A DNA stretch of 64,000 bases from Candidatus Tayloriibacteriota bacterium (GCA_037129895.1 JBAXUB010000001.1:18947-82946); one strand, 5' to 3'; shown: positions 37,283 to 46,697, counted from the first letter of the stretch. The notes: a model not told the origin generated them from the letters alone. Made by a program: numbers and translations.

Positions 37283-37957
37283 TTAACCCTCAAGACTCTT
37301 TAACGTTCTTACTATAGCTAATATAGCTTCAAATTTCAACTTCTTTCTAGTTAAATACAGAATCTCTCCACCCATGTATAAATGAGTCATAATCTTTTCC
37401 GCTTCACTTTTAGCGTATTTTAATTGGAAACATGAACTATTTTTGCTTTTTGTAACATGACCTTTGACGTTGATGCGATTCAACAGTTCCCATCTTATCC
37501 AACTTAGAAACACTGGACTTGCCGAACAAAATCCTAAATACCAAAGGAACGATACTTTCCACCGCCTATCATAATATGAATGTATATAACCATCTCCATC
37601 GAATACACCACGAAGAAAATGAAAGAAGTACTCCGAGGGTATCGCTATCTCTTTTAATACTTTAGACTTCGCAGGGCCAATACCAATCTGAAGTAGGAAC
37701 TTAACAAAATTTACGTCGCCAATTTGGATCCGATAAGTGTGACTGAACTTATAACCACTATAATTGTGACCAATGTTGCTGTGGATATTCAAACATCTCA
37801 TAATGTTTCTTATTTGTTCGAAATCCTTTGAGACAAAAGATACATGCCTCCTATCTCCATATACACACCCATCTGTAACAAATAGTCCGATAGCATATGC
37901 AAAATTTGCTGACCACTCGATTTTTACTTTTCCTTTTGGTTTTGGTCCTCTTTTCAT
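37283..37957 (-). CDS. free-standing LAGLIDADG endonuclease-like protein (two motifs)
   Basis: YAIGLFVTDG and FLRGVFDGDG. Confidence 0.9.
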   Translation of the reverse strand: MKRGPKPKGKVKIEWSANFAYAIGLFVTDGCVYGDRRHVSFVSKDFEQIRNIMRCLNIHSNIGHNYSGYKFSHTYRIQIGDVNFVKFLLQIGIGPAKSKVLKEIAIPSEYFFHFLRGVFDGDGYIHSYYDRRWKVSFLWYLGFCSASPVFLSWIRWELLNRINVKGHVTKSKNSSCFQLKYAKSEAEKIMTHLYMGGEILYLTRKKLKFEAILAIVRTLKSLEG

Positions 37958-38062
37958 AATGTTTTGTTAATCAATTATTAACTTTATGTACTCAAAAAAC
38001 AGGCCCTATTGGCTCTGTCTTTTGTTATTATTGAATTTTCTTGTCGTATCGGGAGGAACTTG

Positions 38063-38503
38063 TTATTTCTTCCCCTCTTCTACAGTTTCTTTCTTTTCTT
38101 CTATAACCGGAGCTACACCATCTGTACTAACAACCTTCTCCTCCCTAACCGCCATGATGCGACGCATCTGGTGACGAATCTCCTTGGCAGCCTTCCTGCG
38201 GATGAAGTATAGTTTACCGCGGCGAACCTTAGACCTACGAATAGTCTCTATCTCATCGATCATAGGAGAATACAATGGGAATATGCGCTCTACTCCGACA
38301 CCATCAATAACTTTTCTAACAGTGAAAGTAGCGCCAGCTTGGTGGCCATGTTTGGTAGCCAAAACTAGACCTTCGAATGCCTGAAGACGGAATTTACCCT
38401 TGTCTTCCTCAATCTTCTGCCATACACGAACGAGATCACCTGAACGAATGTCCATTTTCTCGCGTTCAGCTATATTTGCAGTTGTAATTACCTTGGTAGC
38501 CAT
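38063..38503 (-). CDS. rplS: 50S ribosomal protein L19
   Basis: FEGLV, FTVRK, GVERIFP, KVRRGKLY. Confidence 0.97.
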   Translation of the reverse strand: MATKVITTANIAEREKMDIRSGDLVRVWQKIEEDKGKFRLQAFEGLVLATKHGHQAGATFTVRKVIDGVGVERIFPLYSPMIDEIETIRRSKVRRGKLYFIRRKAAKEIRHQMRRIMAVREEKVVSTDGVAPVIEEKKETVEEGKK

Positions 38504-38518
38504 AGTGGGAATACATTA

Positions 38519-39277
38519 TCACAAGGGCAGCTTTAAATCAAATTTTGAAACCGCTTTCTTGAAATCGGTAGGTAATGGGGCCAAGACTTTGATCTTCTTA
38601 CCTTTTGTATCGGTAAACTCTATAGAATATGAATGCAGGGCCAATCTCTCGAAACCAAGGGCCATAAGTCGTCTCGGTGCGTACAAACTATCACCTACCA
38701 CTGGATGATTGATAGCGCTGAAATGCACACGTATCTGATGAGTCCTGCCCGTCTTTGGTTCTACTTCAACAAGTGAGAACTTCTCATTATCAGTTTCAAA
38801 ATTCACAATACGCGTCCAATAAGTTTGAGCTTCTCTGATCTCCCCTCTCGCTGTTGGGTATGCTGACCACTTTCTAAAATCACTATTACTCCTCCCTATC
38901 GGTCTGTCGATCGTTCCGAACTCTTCTTTCATCTCTCCCCAAACAAAAGCCAGATATTTCTTGGCAATTGTTCTATCTTTGAATTGCTGTTTCAGACTCG
39001 CGTGGCCCGTTTTTGTTTTTGCAATGATGATCACTCCGGAAGTTTCTCTATCCAATCGATGAACTATACCCGCTCTGTTCAATGGATTACCTTCAGAATC
39101 ATTCATCGGATCTCCAACATTCTTGGCCTTTGGATAATTTTCCAATACCCAATCAGCGAGAAATGGCCCCTCGTTCTTGCCATCAGAATGCACCATTAGA
39201 CCGGCTGGTTTACTGACAACCAGACAGTCCTTGTCCTCATATAGGACTTTGATGCTATTTAGCAGTTTCTTGCTCAT
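38519..39277 (-). CDS. RluA/RluD family pseudouridine synthase (no S4 domain)
   Basis: KPAGL, HRLDRETSG, GRTHQIRVH. Confidence 0.95.
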   Translation of the reverse strand: MSKKLLNSIKVLYEDKDCLVVSKPAGLMVHSDGKNEGPFLADWVLENYPKAKNVGDPMNDSEGNPLNRAGIVHRLDRETSGVIIIAKTKTGHASLKQQFKDRTIAKKYLAFVWGEMKEEFGTIDRPIGRSNSDFRKWSAYPTARGEIREAQTYWTRIVNFETDNEKFSLVEVEPKTGRTHQIRVHFSAINHPVVGDSLYAPRRLMALGFERLALHSYSIEFTDTKGKKIKVLAPLPTDFKKAVSKFDLKLPL

Positions 39278-39385
39278 ATCATGAATATACGCTAATCTAT
39301 TAGCGTATACAAGCGCACTTAGCTGTCTTGGTAGGTAAAGACCAAACCTAGTGGTGCACAGAGTATATTTAAAAACAAAACACAT

Positions 39386-39458
39386 GCGCCCTTAGCTCAG
39401 TTGGTAGAGCGACCCCTTTACACGGGGAAGGTCAGGAGTTCGAATCTCTTAGGGCGCA
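39386..39458 (+). tRNA. tRNA-Val(TAC)
   Basis: Cloverleaf, loop TTTACAC. Confidence 0.95.
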
Positions 39459-39513
39459 CAATTCTATATTTGTCTGCTATAATTCATAGTACTTATTATA
39501 AGTACCTATAATT

Positions 39514-40620
39514 ATGAATACAAAAAAATCACTTTCAGTTGTCACAGTAATTGCTGCTTCATTAGTTCTAACACTGATCACTACGAAACCAGCAACGGCA
39601 CAACTAGGACTCCCTTCTATTTTACCTATCGTACCGATATCATTTTCATTCCAGTCAAATCTACAGTACGGCGAAACAAAATACCCGGATGTGAATTATC
39701 TGCAGACATTTTTGAATCAGGATTCCAGAACAGCTGTTAGTGATGCTGGCCCAGGATCGATGAATGAATTAACTTCATATTTCGGCCAAAAGACAAAAGA
39801 AGCTGTAATGAGATTCCAACAACTTTTTGCCGCCGACATACTAGCACCGGCCCATCTAACTCAACCAACCGGAATATTCGGACCACTTTCTAGAGCAAAG
39901 GCCAATAGTATACTATCTAGTCAACGAAGTGACCTGACGAATATTCAACTACCTCTAGGTATCAGTACCCCATTTTCATCTGGTGAATCTTTCGGTCAAG
40001 CACGACCTATACTATCTCCATTCAATGTTGGAACTGCTTCAGGATCAAGTTCCGGCTCAGTTGGTGGCATATCATCCCCTATTTCAGGCCTTACTGGCTC
40101 AACAGGCGGCACCTCTGGTAGTAGTGGTTCATCTGGAGGTGTTGGAGCTGGCATAGCAGGTGGCCTAGCAGGAGGAGTGATCGGTGGTGCAGCTGGAGGA
40201 TTGACTGGTGGTCTCACTGGCGGCCTCACAGGGAGCGGATCGACAGGTGGAGTCACTGATGCAGGAAATGACCCGGCCTCACAAGATCTATTTGATTATC
40301 AAACTGGCGGAAGCAGTAGTGGAACTAGTGGCGGAATGACTTCATATTTTGGAGGGCGAATAACAAGGGTAACATATTGTTGCACTGGTGATATCGCTCT
40401 CGATATTATGCCCGTAGGTAACGGTGGACAGCTTACACTTCTATTCCAACAGGGACAAAGTAAACTTTATGAGAGCTACAATATTTTCATTTCTGGAGCC
40501 AATGTTCTAGGTAGCTATTCACAAGGTGGAGGCGGATCGTGTGAGACACTCGATTCTGAGTGTGAATCAACAGTGAGCACACGCGGCACGATAAAAATGA
40601 TCGGTACTTCAGCTATATAA
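39514..40620 (+). CDS. secreted protein: peptidoglycan-binding-like domain, Gly-rich linker, Cys-containing C-terminal domain
   Basis: Signal peptide; V..LQ.FLN, YFG.KT..AV..FQ, TG.FG; GLTGG repeats. Confidence 0.8.
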   Translation: MNTKKSLSVVTVIAASLVLTLITTKPATAQLGLPSILPIVPISFSFQSNLQYGETKYPDVNYLQTFLNQDSRTAVSDAGPGSMNELTSYFGQKTKEAVMRFQQLFAADILAPAHLTQPTGIFGPLSRAKANSILSSQRSDLTNIQLPLGISTPFSSGESFGQARPILSPFNVGTASGSSSGSVGGISSPISGLTGSTGGTSGSSGSSGGVGAGIAGGLAGGVIGGAAGGLTGGLTGGLTGSGSTGGVTDAGNDPASQDLFDYQTGGSSSGTSGGMTSYFGGRITRVTYCCTGDIALDIMPVGNGGQLTLLFQQGQSKLYESYNIFISGANVLGSYSQGGGGSCETLDSECESTVSTRGTIKMIGTSAI

Positions 40621-40626
40621 GAATTA

Positions 40627-40665
40627 TTGTCCCCTCGGTTGGAATCGAACCAACATCAACGGCTT
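40627..40665 (-). repeat. 39-bp exact duplicate of the tRNA-Arg 3' half (att-like)
   Basis: Identical to 40693-40731. Confidence 0.9.
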
Positions 40666-40695
40666 CATGTTCCTGTAGGATATCTAACGTATTTG

Positions 40696-40767
40696 TCCCC
40701 TCGGTTGGAATCGAACCAACATCAACGGCTTAGAAGTCCGCTGTTCTATCCATTGAACTACAAGGGG
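40696..40767 (-). tRNA. tRNA-Arg(TCT)
   Basis: Cloverleaf, loop CTTCTAA; A-G mismatch at the base of the anticodon stem. Confidence 0.9.
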
Positions 40768-40820
40768 ATAGCACACCAACAAGTTAACACAAATCGGAGC
40801 GACAGACCAATTTCTGGACA

Positions 40821-41111
40821 TCATCTGGACGGATCACCAACGATTACTGGATCACTAACTATCGAGGTCCGGTTGATCTTGTGTTTTACTTGTAGAGCAA
40901 CAGCCTCATCCAATGCACTCTGTTCGAATGGTAATTTTGCTACTGCGGATTGTATAGAAGCGTCATTCACACCAGAAATCGTAGTCTGATATATCGAGTA
41001 ATCAAAGAATACAAGTCCAATCGTCAATAAACATGTCCCAACAACTATGAACACCCAATCGATGTGCGGATCTCTACTCAGATAATGCTTGTTTGTTGGA
41101 ATTTTCATCAT
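40821..41111 (-). CDS. small membrane protein, last gene of the pilM cluster
   Basis: P..DW followed by a TM; overlaps the upstream gene stop. Confidence 0.65.
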   Translation of the reverse strand: MMKIPTNKHYLSRDPHIDWVFIVVGTCLLTIGLVFFDYSIYQTTISGVNDASIQSAVAKLPFEQSALDEAVALQVKHKINRTSIVSDPVIVGDPSR

Positions 41112-41653
41112 ATTGATTTTACACCACTTAGATTGAAACCGAGTGACCACATGGTTGATGACTTACCATCAGCAGGACCTATCGCATCGAAACGAACCCC
41201 GTCGATAAATACTTTATACGCCATATTTTCTGCCAACATCAACGTCTTGAAAACCGATGACCATGATCCTTGAGCTGATACCCTCGCACTCATATAACCA
41301 TTGACTGCCAAATCCCCTTCCGCTGATGCCATATTATCTATCGAACTTATCGCTATCGTACTGCCAGATGCACTCCCTAGAGATTCCAGACTTTCGATAA
41401 AAGAGATGGAGGCATCAGGCTGTATGAATTCTTGATAGAGTTGATTCCAGCTATTTTCGACATTATCATTCAGATTCTTGATCTTTGCTGCTTCATTTTG
41501 CATAGCTATCAATGACCCGGATTCTGCTCTCGCATTCACCGTATCCTGTGTCATACTCGTGATCGCAAACTTCATATAGGAAAATATTGAAGCGACCAAG
41601 ATAGTAACTGTTATAGAGAGAGTCAAGAGAAAGATATGATGAGTATTTTTCAT
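41108..41653 (-). CDS. PilO-like type IV pilus alignment protein
   Basis: TM, coiled coil, GSW...L..LEN motif; position after pilM/N. Confidence 0.6.
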   Translation of the reverse strand: MKNTHHIFLLTLSITVTILVASIFSYMKFAITSMTQDTVNARAESGSLIAMQNEAAKIKNLNDNVENSWNQLYQEFIQPDASISFIESLESLGSASGSTIAISSIDNMASAEGDLAVNGYMSARVSAQGSWSSVFKTLMLAENMAYKVFIDGVRFDAIGPADGKSSTMWSLGFNLSGVKSI

Positions 41654-42198
41654 GGTGTTTGATCGTTAGTTACCGAAAGAGAAAATGAAATATTCTTGCT
41701 CTTTGCCAACAATGAAACTGGAACATCTACTTTATTACCCAATTTGCCGAGGATCAGCTTGTTCTTCAATGCCAACAATTCCTCGCGATTGGGTGACATA
41801 CCGACGATAGTCGTAACCACGGTTGTTGGAGAAGTTCTCGCTACAGATATAGAAGTGATCGTAGACTTACCTCTGGCATCTAGAATACCTTTCACTATAC
41901 TCGAATACTCCGTCTTACCTTTCGGTGAGCTTGCCAAGATCTTGATGATATTTGCCTTCTTCAATAAGTCAGACTTGGAATTACTCTTCCCGCTTTTTTC
42001 TGCTGCCGCCTTGAGAGGTGCGAGCTCTGCATATGCAGCACTCTTGTCCAAAGCAGCATGAATGAACGATGGCAACAGTAACACTGCTCCTATTATGAAT
42101 GCGGTAGAAATCATGAAGAGAAATACGATGAAAGCACGTATCCTATATTCATGACGCAGTGACTTCCTCAATGTTATTGGTATCAATGTGTGTCTCAT
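41650..42198 (-). CDS. PilN-like type IV pilus alignment protein
   Basis: N-terminal TLIP/EY, TM, G.S..RE.L. Confidence 0.6.
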   Translation of the reverse strand: MRHTLIPITLRKSLRHEYRIRAFIVFLFMISTAFIIGAVLLLPSFIHAALDKSAAYAELAPLKAAAEKSGKSNSKSDLLKKANIIKILASSPKGKTEYSSIVKGILDARGKSTITSISVARTSPTTVVTTIVGMSPNREELLALKNKLILGKLGNKVDVPVSLLAKSKNISFSLSVTNDQTP

Positions 42199-42202
42199 AT
42201 AT

Positions 42203-43138
42203 TTATAGATCCAATGCCAGACCAGCTACTACGATGTAATCTAGCGACTCGACTTTTGGTATATTCGGTGTGTACGAATCTAGATTCAATGAATTCTGCC
42301 AAGTGTTAGCGATACTCACAGGACACTTGTCTTTCTCATTGAGAGAAGCAGCTATCTGATCTTCGAACTCCGGTGCCCTACTGCCAGCAAGCAAGATCTC
42401 GTCTATGTGTCCCCCGGGTCTACTAGACCAGTATGTTAGTGAATGGTTTATATTTTGCGCCAATGAATTACCATCGCCATGACCGACCGTAGAAGTGAAA
42501 CAGACTACGCCTGCAGAAACTATATATATACCTATCTTACTTTTCATTACATGTACAACCATGGACGTCTTCTTCGGATCACAACTCAATGCCGCTCTGG
42601 CGATAGACTTTGGTGCAACTTCGAAAGCGACTGGGAAGACACCGGCGCTCTGTAGCAACGAGATCTGCTTTTCCACATAAGTACGCGGAACGACTGATAC
42701 ACTTGCGCGCAGTATTCCTTCGGTGACTTCAATCGGCATGAGATCAAAATAGAAAACGGCATCTTTCGCCAACAATGGAACGTTCTCTTCCAACTTGAAT
42801 TCGATGTTCTGCGCAATATCCTTCTCACTCTCTCCTACAACATCTGTCTGGAATAGATAAGCCTTTTCTTCTGGGATAGAGACACTGACATAATTGAGAT
42901 TATTCTTTTCATCAAATTTCTTCAATAGATCGACGAACACCACTTCGTTCTTTATATCACCACCCAATATAGTATCGTCCGGCAATAATACCTGATCATA
43001 TTTACTGATGATTTGGCCACGGGAACTCGGAGAATATTGTAGACAACGTATAGCGTCATCAGATATCTCCAATCCGGCAAATCTCATGGACATATATTTT
43101 GGTGGAGGAAACGCCTTGAAGAACAATGACTGATGCAT
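42203..43138 (-). CDS. pilM: type IV pilus assembly protein PilM
   Basis: AGLEISDDAIR actin-like start, VVAGLAL end. Confidence 0.8.
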   Translation of the reverse strand: MHQSLFFKAFPPPKYMSMRFAGLEISDDAIRCLQYSPSSRGQIISKYDQVLLPDDTILGGDIKNEVVFVDLLKKFDEKNNLNYVSVSIPEEKAYLFQTDVVGESEKDIAQNIEFKLEENVPLLAKDAVFYFDLMPIEVTEGILRASVSVVPRTYVEKQISLLQSAGVFPVAFEVAPKSIARAALSCDPKKTSMVVHVMKSKIGIYIVSAGVVCFTSTVGHGDGNSLAQNINHSLTYWSSRPGGHIDEILLAGSRAPEFEDQIAASLNEKDKCPVSIANTWQNSLNLDSYTPNIPKVESLDYIVVAGLALDL

Positions 43139-43195
43139 GTCACATATTATACAGCAGAGATCAATTATTGGATATTGGAAAACTAATTGTACTTG

Positions 43196-43813
43196 CTACA
43201 CCTTTTTCAGAGATTTCAAGTATTCTTGAACGACCTTATAGACTGCAGGAGCAGCTGAGATAATGATGATAACCAATACTAGCGGGATGATATACCTGTC
43301 TGGATTTGGGACGACTGATCCAAAGACGTAACCAATGAGCAACATTCCCCAAGTCCATATGAATCCGCCGATCAGATTATATGTGAAAAAAGTCTTGTAT
43401 TTCATATTCCCTATTCCAGCGACGATAGGTGCGAATGTACGAATAGCTGGGATGAATCTCGCGATGATGATAGTTTTTCCTCCATGCTTTTCATAGAATT
43501 CCTGCGCACGTATGATGTATTTCTTATTGAAAAATAGAGAGTCCTCTTTATTGAATATCGCTGGCCCAACTTTCTTGCCAAATGCATAGCCAGTACTATC
43601 ACCGAGCACTGCTGCGATAAATGTAAATATGAGTAATATGATTATCGGCAAATGCCCTTGTGAAGCGAGGTAACCAGCAGTAACCAACAATGAATCACCT
43701 GGAAAGAAAAATCCAAAGAATGCACCAGTTTCCAAATATATAATAGCGATAACACCGATCACACCGAGTGTCGATATTAGAAATTGTGGATTTAGTAAGT
43801 CGGTTATATTCAT
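43196..43813 (-). CDS. DedA family membrane protein
   Basis: FPGDSLL, ARFIPAIRTFAP. Confidence 0.95.
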   Translation of the reverse strand: MNITDLLNPQFLISTLGVIGVIAIIYLETGAFFGFFFPGDSLLVTAGYLASQGHLPIIILLIFTFIAAVLGDSTGYAFGKKVGPAIFNKEDSLFFNKKYIIRAQEFYEKHGGKTIIIARFIPAIRTFAPIVAGIGNMKYKTFFTYNLIGGFIWTWGMLLIGYVFGSVVPNPDRYIIPLVLVIIIISAAPAVYKVVQEYLKSLKKV

Positions 43814-43820
43814 ACTTTAT

Positions 43821-44267
43821 CTATGCAGCTATAGTTCCTGCAGGAATCGTATCGTTCGGTTCAAGTAGAGAAAAACCGCCTTCTGGAGTTGATACAGCAA
43901 AGAGCATGCCATTACTATCAGAACCTTTGATCTTACGAGGTTCTAGATTTGTAACAAACATGCAAGTCTTGCCGACGAGGACAGCAGGATCTGGATATCG
44001 TAAGGCTATTCCAGAGACGATTTGCCTCGGAACATTTACGTACTCTTTGATAACCTCAGTTGTCGGGGTCACGGTATTTGCCTCTGTAGGACTTACCAAC
44101 ACCTTATCCACAGGAGCTGATACCTCACCCTCTTTCTTTACTTCAACTTTTTCGCCAAAATCAACCATGAGTTTCAGTAGTTTATCTGTATCAGGGATTT
44201 TCTCAGCTGATAATATTTTACCAGCCCGAATCTCTACTTTCTTGAATTCGTCATATGAAATAGACAT
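43821..44267 (-). CDS. stand-alone tRNA-binding OB protein (Trbp111/CsaA/MetRS C-terminal)
   Basis: ISYDEFKKVEIRAG, RQIVSGI, NLEPR, SNGM. Confidence 0.9.
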   Translation of the reverse strand: MSISYDEFKKVEIRAGKILSAEKIPDTDKLLKLMVDFGEKVEVKKEGEVSAPVDKVLVSPTEANTVTPTTEVIKEYVNVPRQIVSGIALRYPDPAVLVGKTCMFVTNLEPRKIKGSDSNGMLFAVSTPEGGFSLLEPNDTIPAGTIAA

Positions 44268-44299
44268 GTTTTTATTAAAATAATAATATAAATAAATTC

Positions 44300-44683
44300 T
44301 TACTGATTCTTACTACGATCTAGATAGCTCTGCAGGATGATAGCCGCGGCCGAAGCATCCGTGAGAGCCGTCTTGCCTTGCCAACGCTCAGCCTGAATAC
44401 TGCTCATGAATTCTGCCTCTAGGTATACAGTGAAGCCTCGTGCTTCGAGCTCATCTTTCAAGTCCATGCTGTCCAACAATATCTCGTTTGGTTCACCTTT
44501 GTAATTACGTGACTCACCCATCACGATCTCCTTTGTTTCGTTATCAATGGCGATCTTTTCGATCTCTTCTAATAGGGTTGGTGTATTCAAAATAACCGAA
44601 ACTGGTAAGGCAAACTCGCGTTTCTCATCTGAAACAGCTACCCCCACCCTCTTTGATCCGTAATCGATACCTAGTATACGCAT
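44300..44683 (-). CDS. ruvX: YqgF/RuvX family nuclease
   Basis: LGIDYGSKRVGVA, D..AA.IILQ. Confidence 0.93.
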   Translation of the reverse strand: MRILGIDYGSKRVGVAVSDEKREFALPVSVILNTPTLLEEIEKIAIDNETKEIVMGESRNYKGEPNEILLDSMDLKDELEARGFTVYLEAEFMSSIQAERWQGKTALTDASAAAIILQSYLDRSKNQ

Positions 44684-44725
44684 GAATAGAGCATACCATG
44701 TTAAGTAAAATGCTATAATAGAAGT

Positions 44726-45748
44726 ATGCTTCAGCAGTCTAATGATAAAAGAGTTAAATTTCAACCGGGTGAACAAGCAAGGTTTCTCGTGCGTGTAATC
44801 AATAAACTGTGCATTACGCAGACAACTCTTGCAACCATGGCGGGCATAAGTGTTCGACGTATTTCCGATTGGAAAGCAGAAAAAAGTACGATGCCATTAT
44901 CAGTTGTGAATTTACTATCAAAAAAATCTGGACTCAACTTACCGCACGGTATTCACTACATAGATCGATATGCCCATACGAGAGCGGCCGGAAAAAAAGG
45001 TGGAAAGGCAACTATAGAGAAATACCACGGTTTCCCCGACCCAAATAGGACACGCCTTTCTGCATGGAAAAAATGGTGGGAAGAATCTGGACGAGAAAAA
45101 ACTATCACCGCATCAACAAAGCCTGCGAGAATCCCGAATGATTCTTCCAACCTGGCGGAATTTACAGGAATAATGATGGGAGATGGCGGAATTTCAAAAT
45201 ACCAAATAAGTGTGACTCTAAACAAAATTGATGACTATGACTATTCATTGTTTGTACGTAACCTTATGAATAACCTTTTCCAAGTGGTTCCTTCGTTAGT
45301 CAAAAAACTAGATGAAAAAGCACTCATTTTGAATATATCACGACTTCAATTGGTCAGATTTTGTAATGATCACCTCAATCTACCAACTGGACACAAGATT
45401 CGTCATGGATTATATGTTCCTTCGTGGATAATGAAGAAAACCGTCTATAAAAGATCATTTCTCCGCGGACTTTTTGATACTGATGGTTGTGTAGTTATAG
45501 AAAAACATAAGGTCGACAAAGTGGTGTACTCTTATGCTCGCCTAAACTTCACGTCATATTGTCCAATATTATCGAAGTCCACATTCCAAATATTGACCGA
45601 GCTTGGATATACACCGAGGGTGCGTAGAAAAGAAAGATCAATACAACTTGAAAATTATGACGAAATATGTGATTATTTCAGAGTTGTAGGAACGCACAAT
45701 CCTAAACACACGGAACGTCTGAGGAAAGTCGGAATATTCCGTTCGTAA
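44726..45748 (+). CDS. HTH plus LAGLIDADG endonuclease-like protein
   Basis: XRE-like HTH (TQTTLA.MAGIS.R.ISDW); LAEFTGIMMGDG and FLRGLFDTDG. Confidence 0.9.
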   Translation: MLQQSNDKRVKFQPGEQARFLVRVINKLCITQTTLATMAGISVRRISDWKAEKSTMPLSVVNLLSKKSGLNLPHGIHYIDRYAHTRAAGKKGGKATIEKYHGFPDPNRTRLSAWKKWWEESGREKTITASTKPARIPNDSSNLAEFTGIMMGDGGISKYQISVTLNKIDDYDYSLFVRNLMNNLFQVVPSLVKKLDEKALILNISRLQLVRFCNDHLNLPTGHKIRHGLYVPSWIMKKTVYKRSFLRGLFDTDGCVVIEKHKVDKVVYSYARLNFTSYCPILSKSTFQILTELGYTPRVRRKERSIQLENYDEICDYFRVVGTHNPKHTERLRKVGIFRS

Positions 45749-45757
45749 GAATCCAAA

Positions 45758-45844
45758 GGAGGAGTGGCAGAGTGGTCGATTGCACCGCTCTTGAAAAGCG
45801 GAACCTGGGAAACTGGGTCGTGAGTTCGAATCTCACCTCCTCCG
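45758..45844 (+). tRNA. tRNA-Ser(TGA)
   Basis: Cloverleaf with long variable arm, loop CTTGAAA. Confidence 0.95.
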
Positions 45845-45902
45845 CAAATGATCTAAAGAAATCTCTAATAGTCCTTATAACAGGACATCGATTTTTTGAC
45901 CA

Positions 45903-46019
45903 TTACTGAAACCAGAAATGCACAATTCCCGCCATATTTAGGATGAATACGAAAAACGTGAGCATGCAGAACATGATCAGGCCGCCGAAGGTGAATACTT
46001 CTAATACGAATTCTTTCAT
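45903..46019 (-). CDS. putative 38-aa hydrophobic peptide (not in ORF track)
   Basis: MKEFVLEVFTFGGLIMFCMLTFFVFILNMAGIVHFWFQ. Confidence 0.45.
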   Translation of the reverse strand: MKEFVLEVFTFGGLIMFCMLTFFVFILNMAGIVHFWFQ

Positions 46020-46130
46020 ATATTAATAAAAGCATACAATCAATATTTTAACTACTCTGAGGACTCCCTACTATTAACTTATAAACATCGTCACGGTACA
46101 TTCCCCTGCGAGGAATGCTATAATTCTCAC

Positions 46131-46595
46131 ATGGCTACAGAAGCATTAATTTCTTGGAACGCTCCAGAGCACTTCTATGTGGAAAAACATCAGGATTGGT
46201 ACTGGGCAGTTGGGATAGTCACTCTCACCCTGGCAGCGGTATGTTTCATACTAGGAAGTATCATCCCTGGGATATTCGTTGTAGTAGCTGCTGTCGCACT
46301 AGTCGTACACGCTTCTCGTCCCCCACGCATAGTCACTCACGAAGTCAATGACCGTGGTATCGTCGTAGACAACGTCCTGTATCCATTCCTTACCTTAGAA
46401 TCTTTCTGGATACCGCATGATGAACCAATTCCCAAGCTGATAGTAAAATCCCGAAAAATGTTCATGCCTTTCATCATCATTTTCATCGAAGAAGTTGACC
46501 CCGAACAGGTCCGCGAAGTTATGTTGCGGTACATTGCTGAAACTGAACATCAGGAGTCTCTACTCAAGCATATTCTCGAATGGTTTGGGTTTTAG
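46131..46595 (+). CDS. conserved CPR-type membrane protein (2 TM plus soluble domain)
   Basis: W.APE...K..DWYW, two TMs, SFWI. Confidence 0.8.
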   Translation: MATEALISWNAPEHFYVEKHQDWYWAVGIVTLTLAAVCFILGSIIPGIFVVVAAVALVVHASRPPRIVTHEVNDRGIVVDNVLYPFLTLESFWIPHDEPIPKLIVKSRKMFMPFIIIFIEEVDPEQVREVMLRYIAETEHQESLLKHILEWFGF

Positions 46596-46622
46596 GAAAA
46601 ATATGATAATGTGTCCATACCT

Positions 46623-46697
46623 GCCCTCGTCGTTTAATGGATAGGACGCAGGATTGCGGATCCTGCAATCGAGGTTCGATTCCTCGCGGGGGCACCA
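46623..46697 (+). tRNA. tRNA-Arg(GCG)
   Basis: Cloverleaf, stem CAGGA/TCCTG, loop TTGCGGA, CCA encoded. Confidence 0.93.

Noticed and set aside
40627-40989. 120-aa ORF with a repeated peptide
   Set aside because: Antisense read of tRNA-Arg and its duplicate.
44103-44111. TTATCCACA match
   Set aside because: Isolated and within a coding sequence; plausible by chance.
45721-45732. GAGGAAAGTC resembling the RNase P RNA 5' motif
   Set aside because: Inside the LAGLIDADG coding region and followed directly by tRNA-Ser; no matching 3' motif or room for the RNA.
37283-45748. LAGLIDADG ORFs as inteins or tRNA-intron ORFs
   Set aside because: No splicing-domain ends, and the adjacent tRNAs are uninterrupted.
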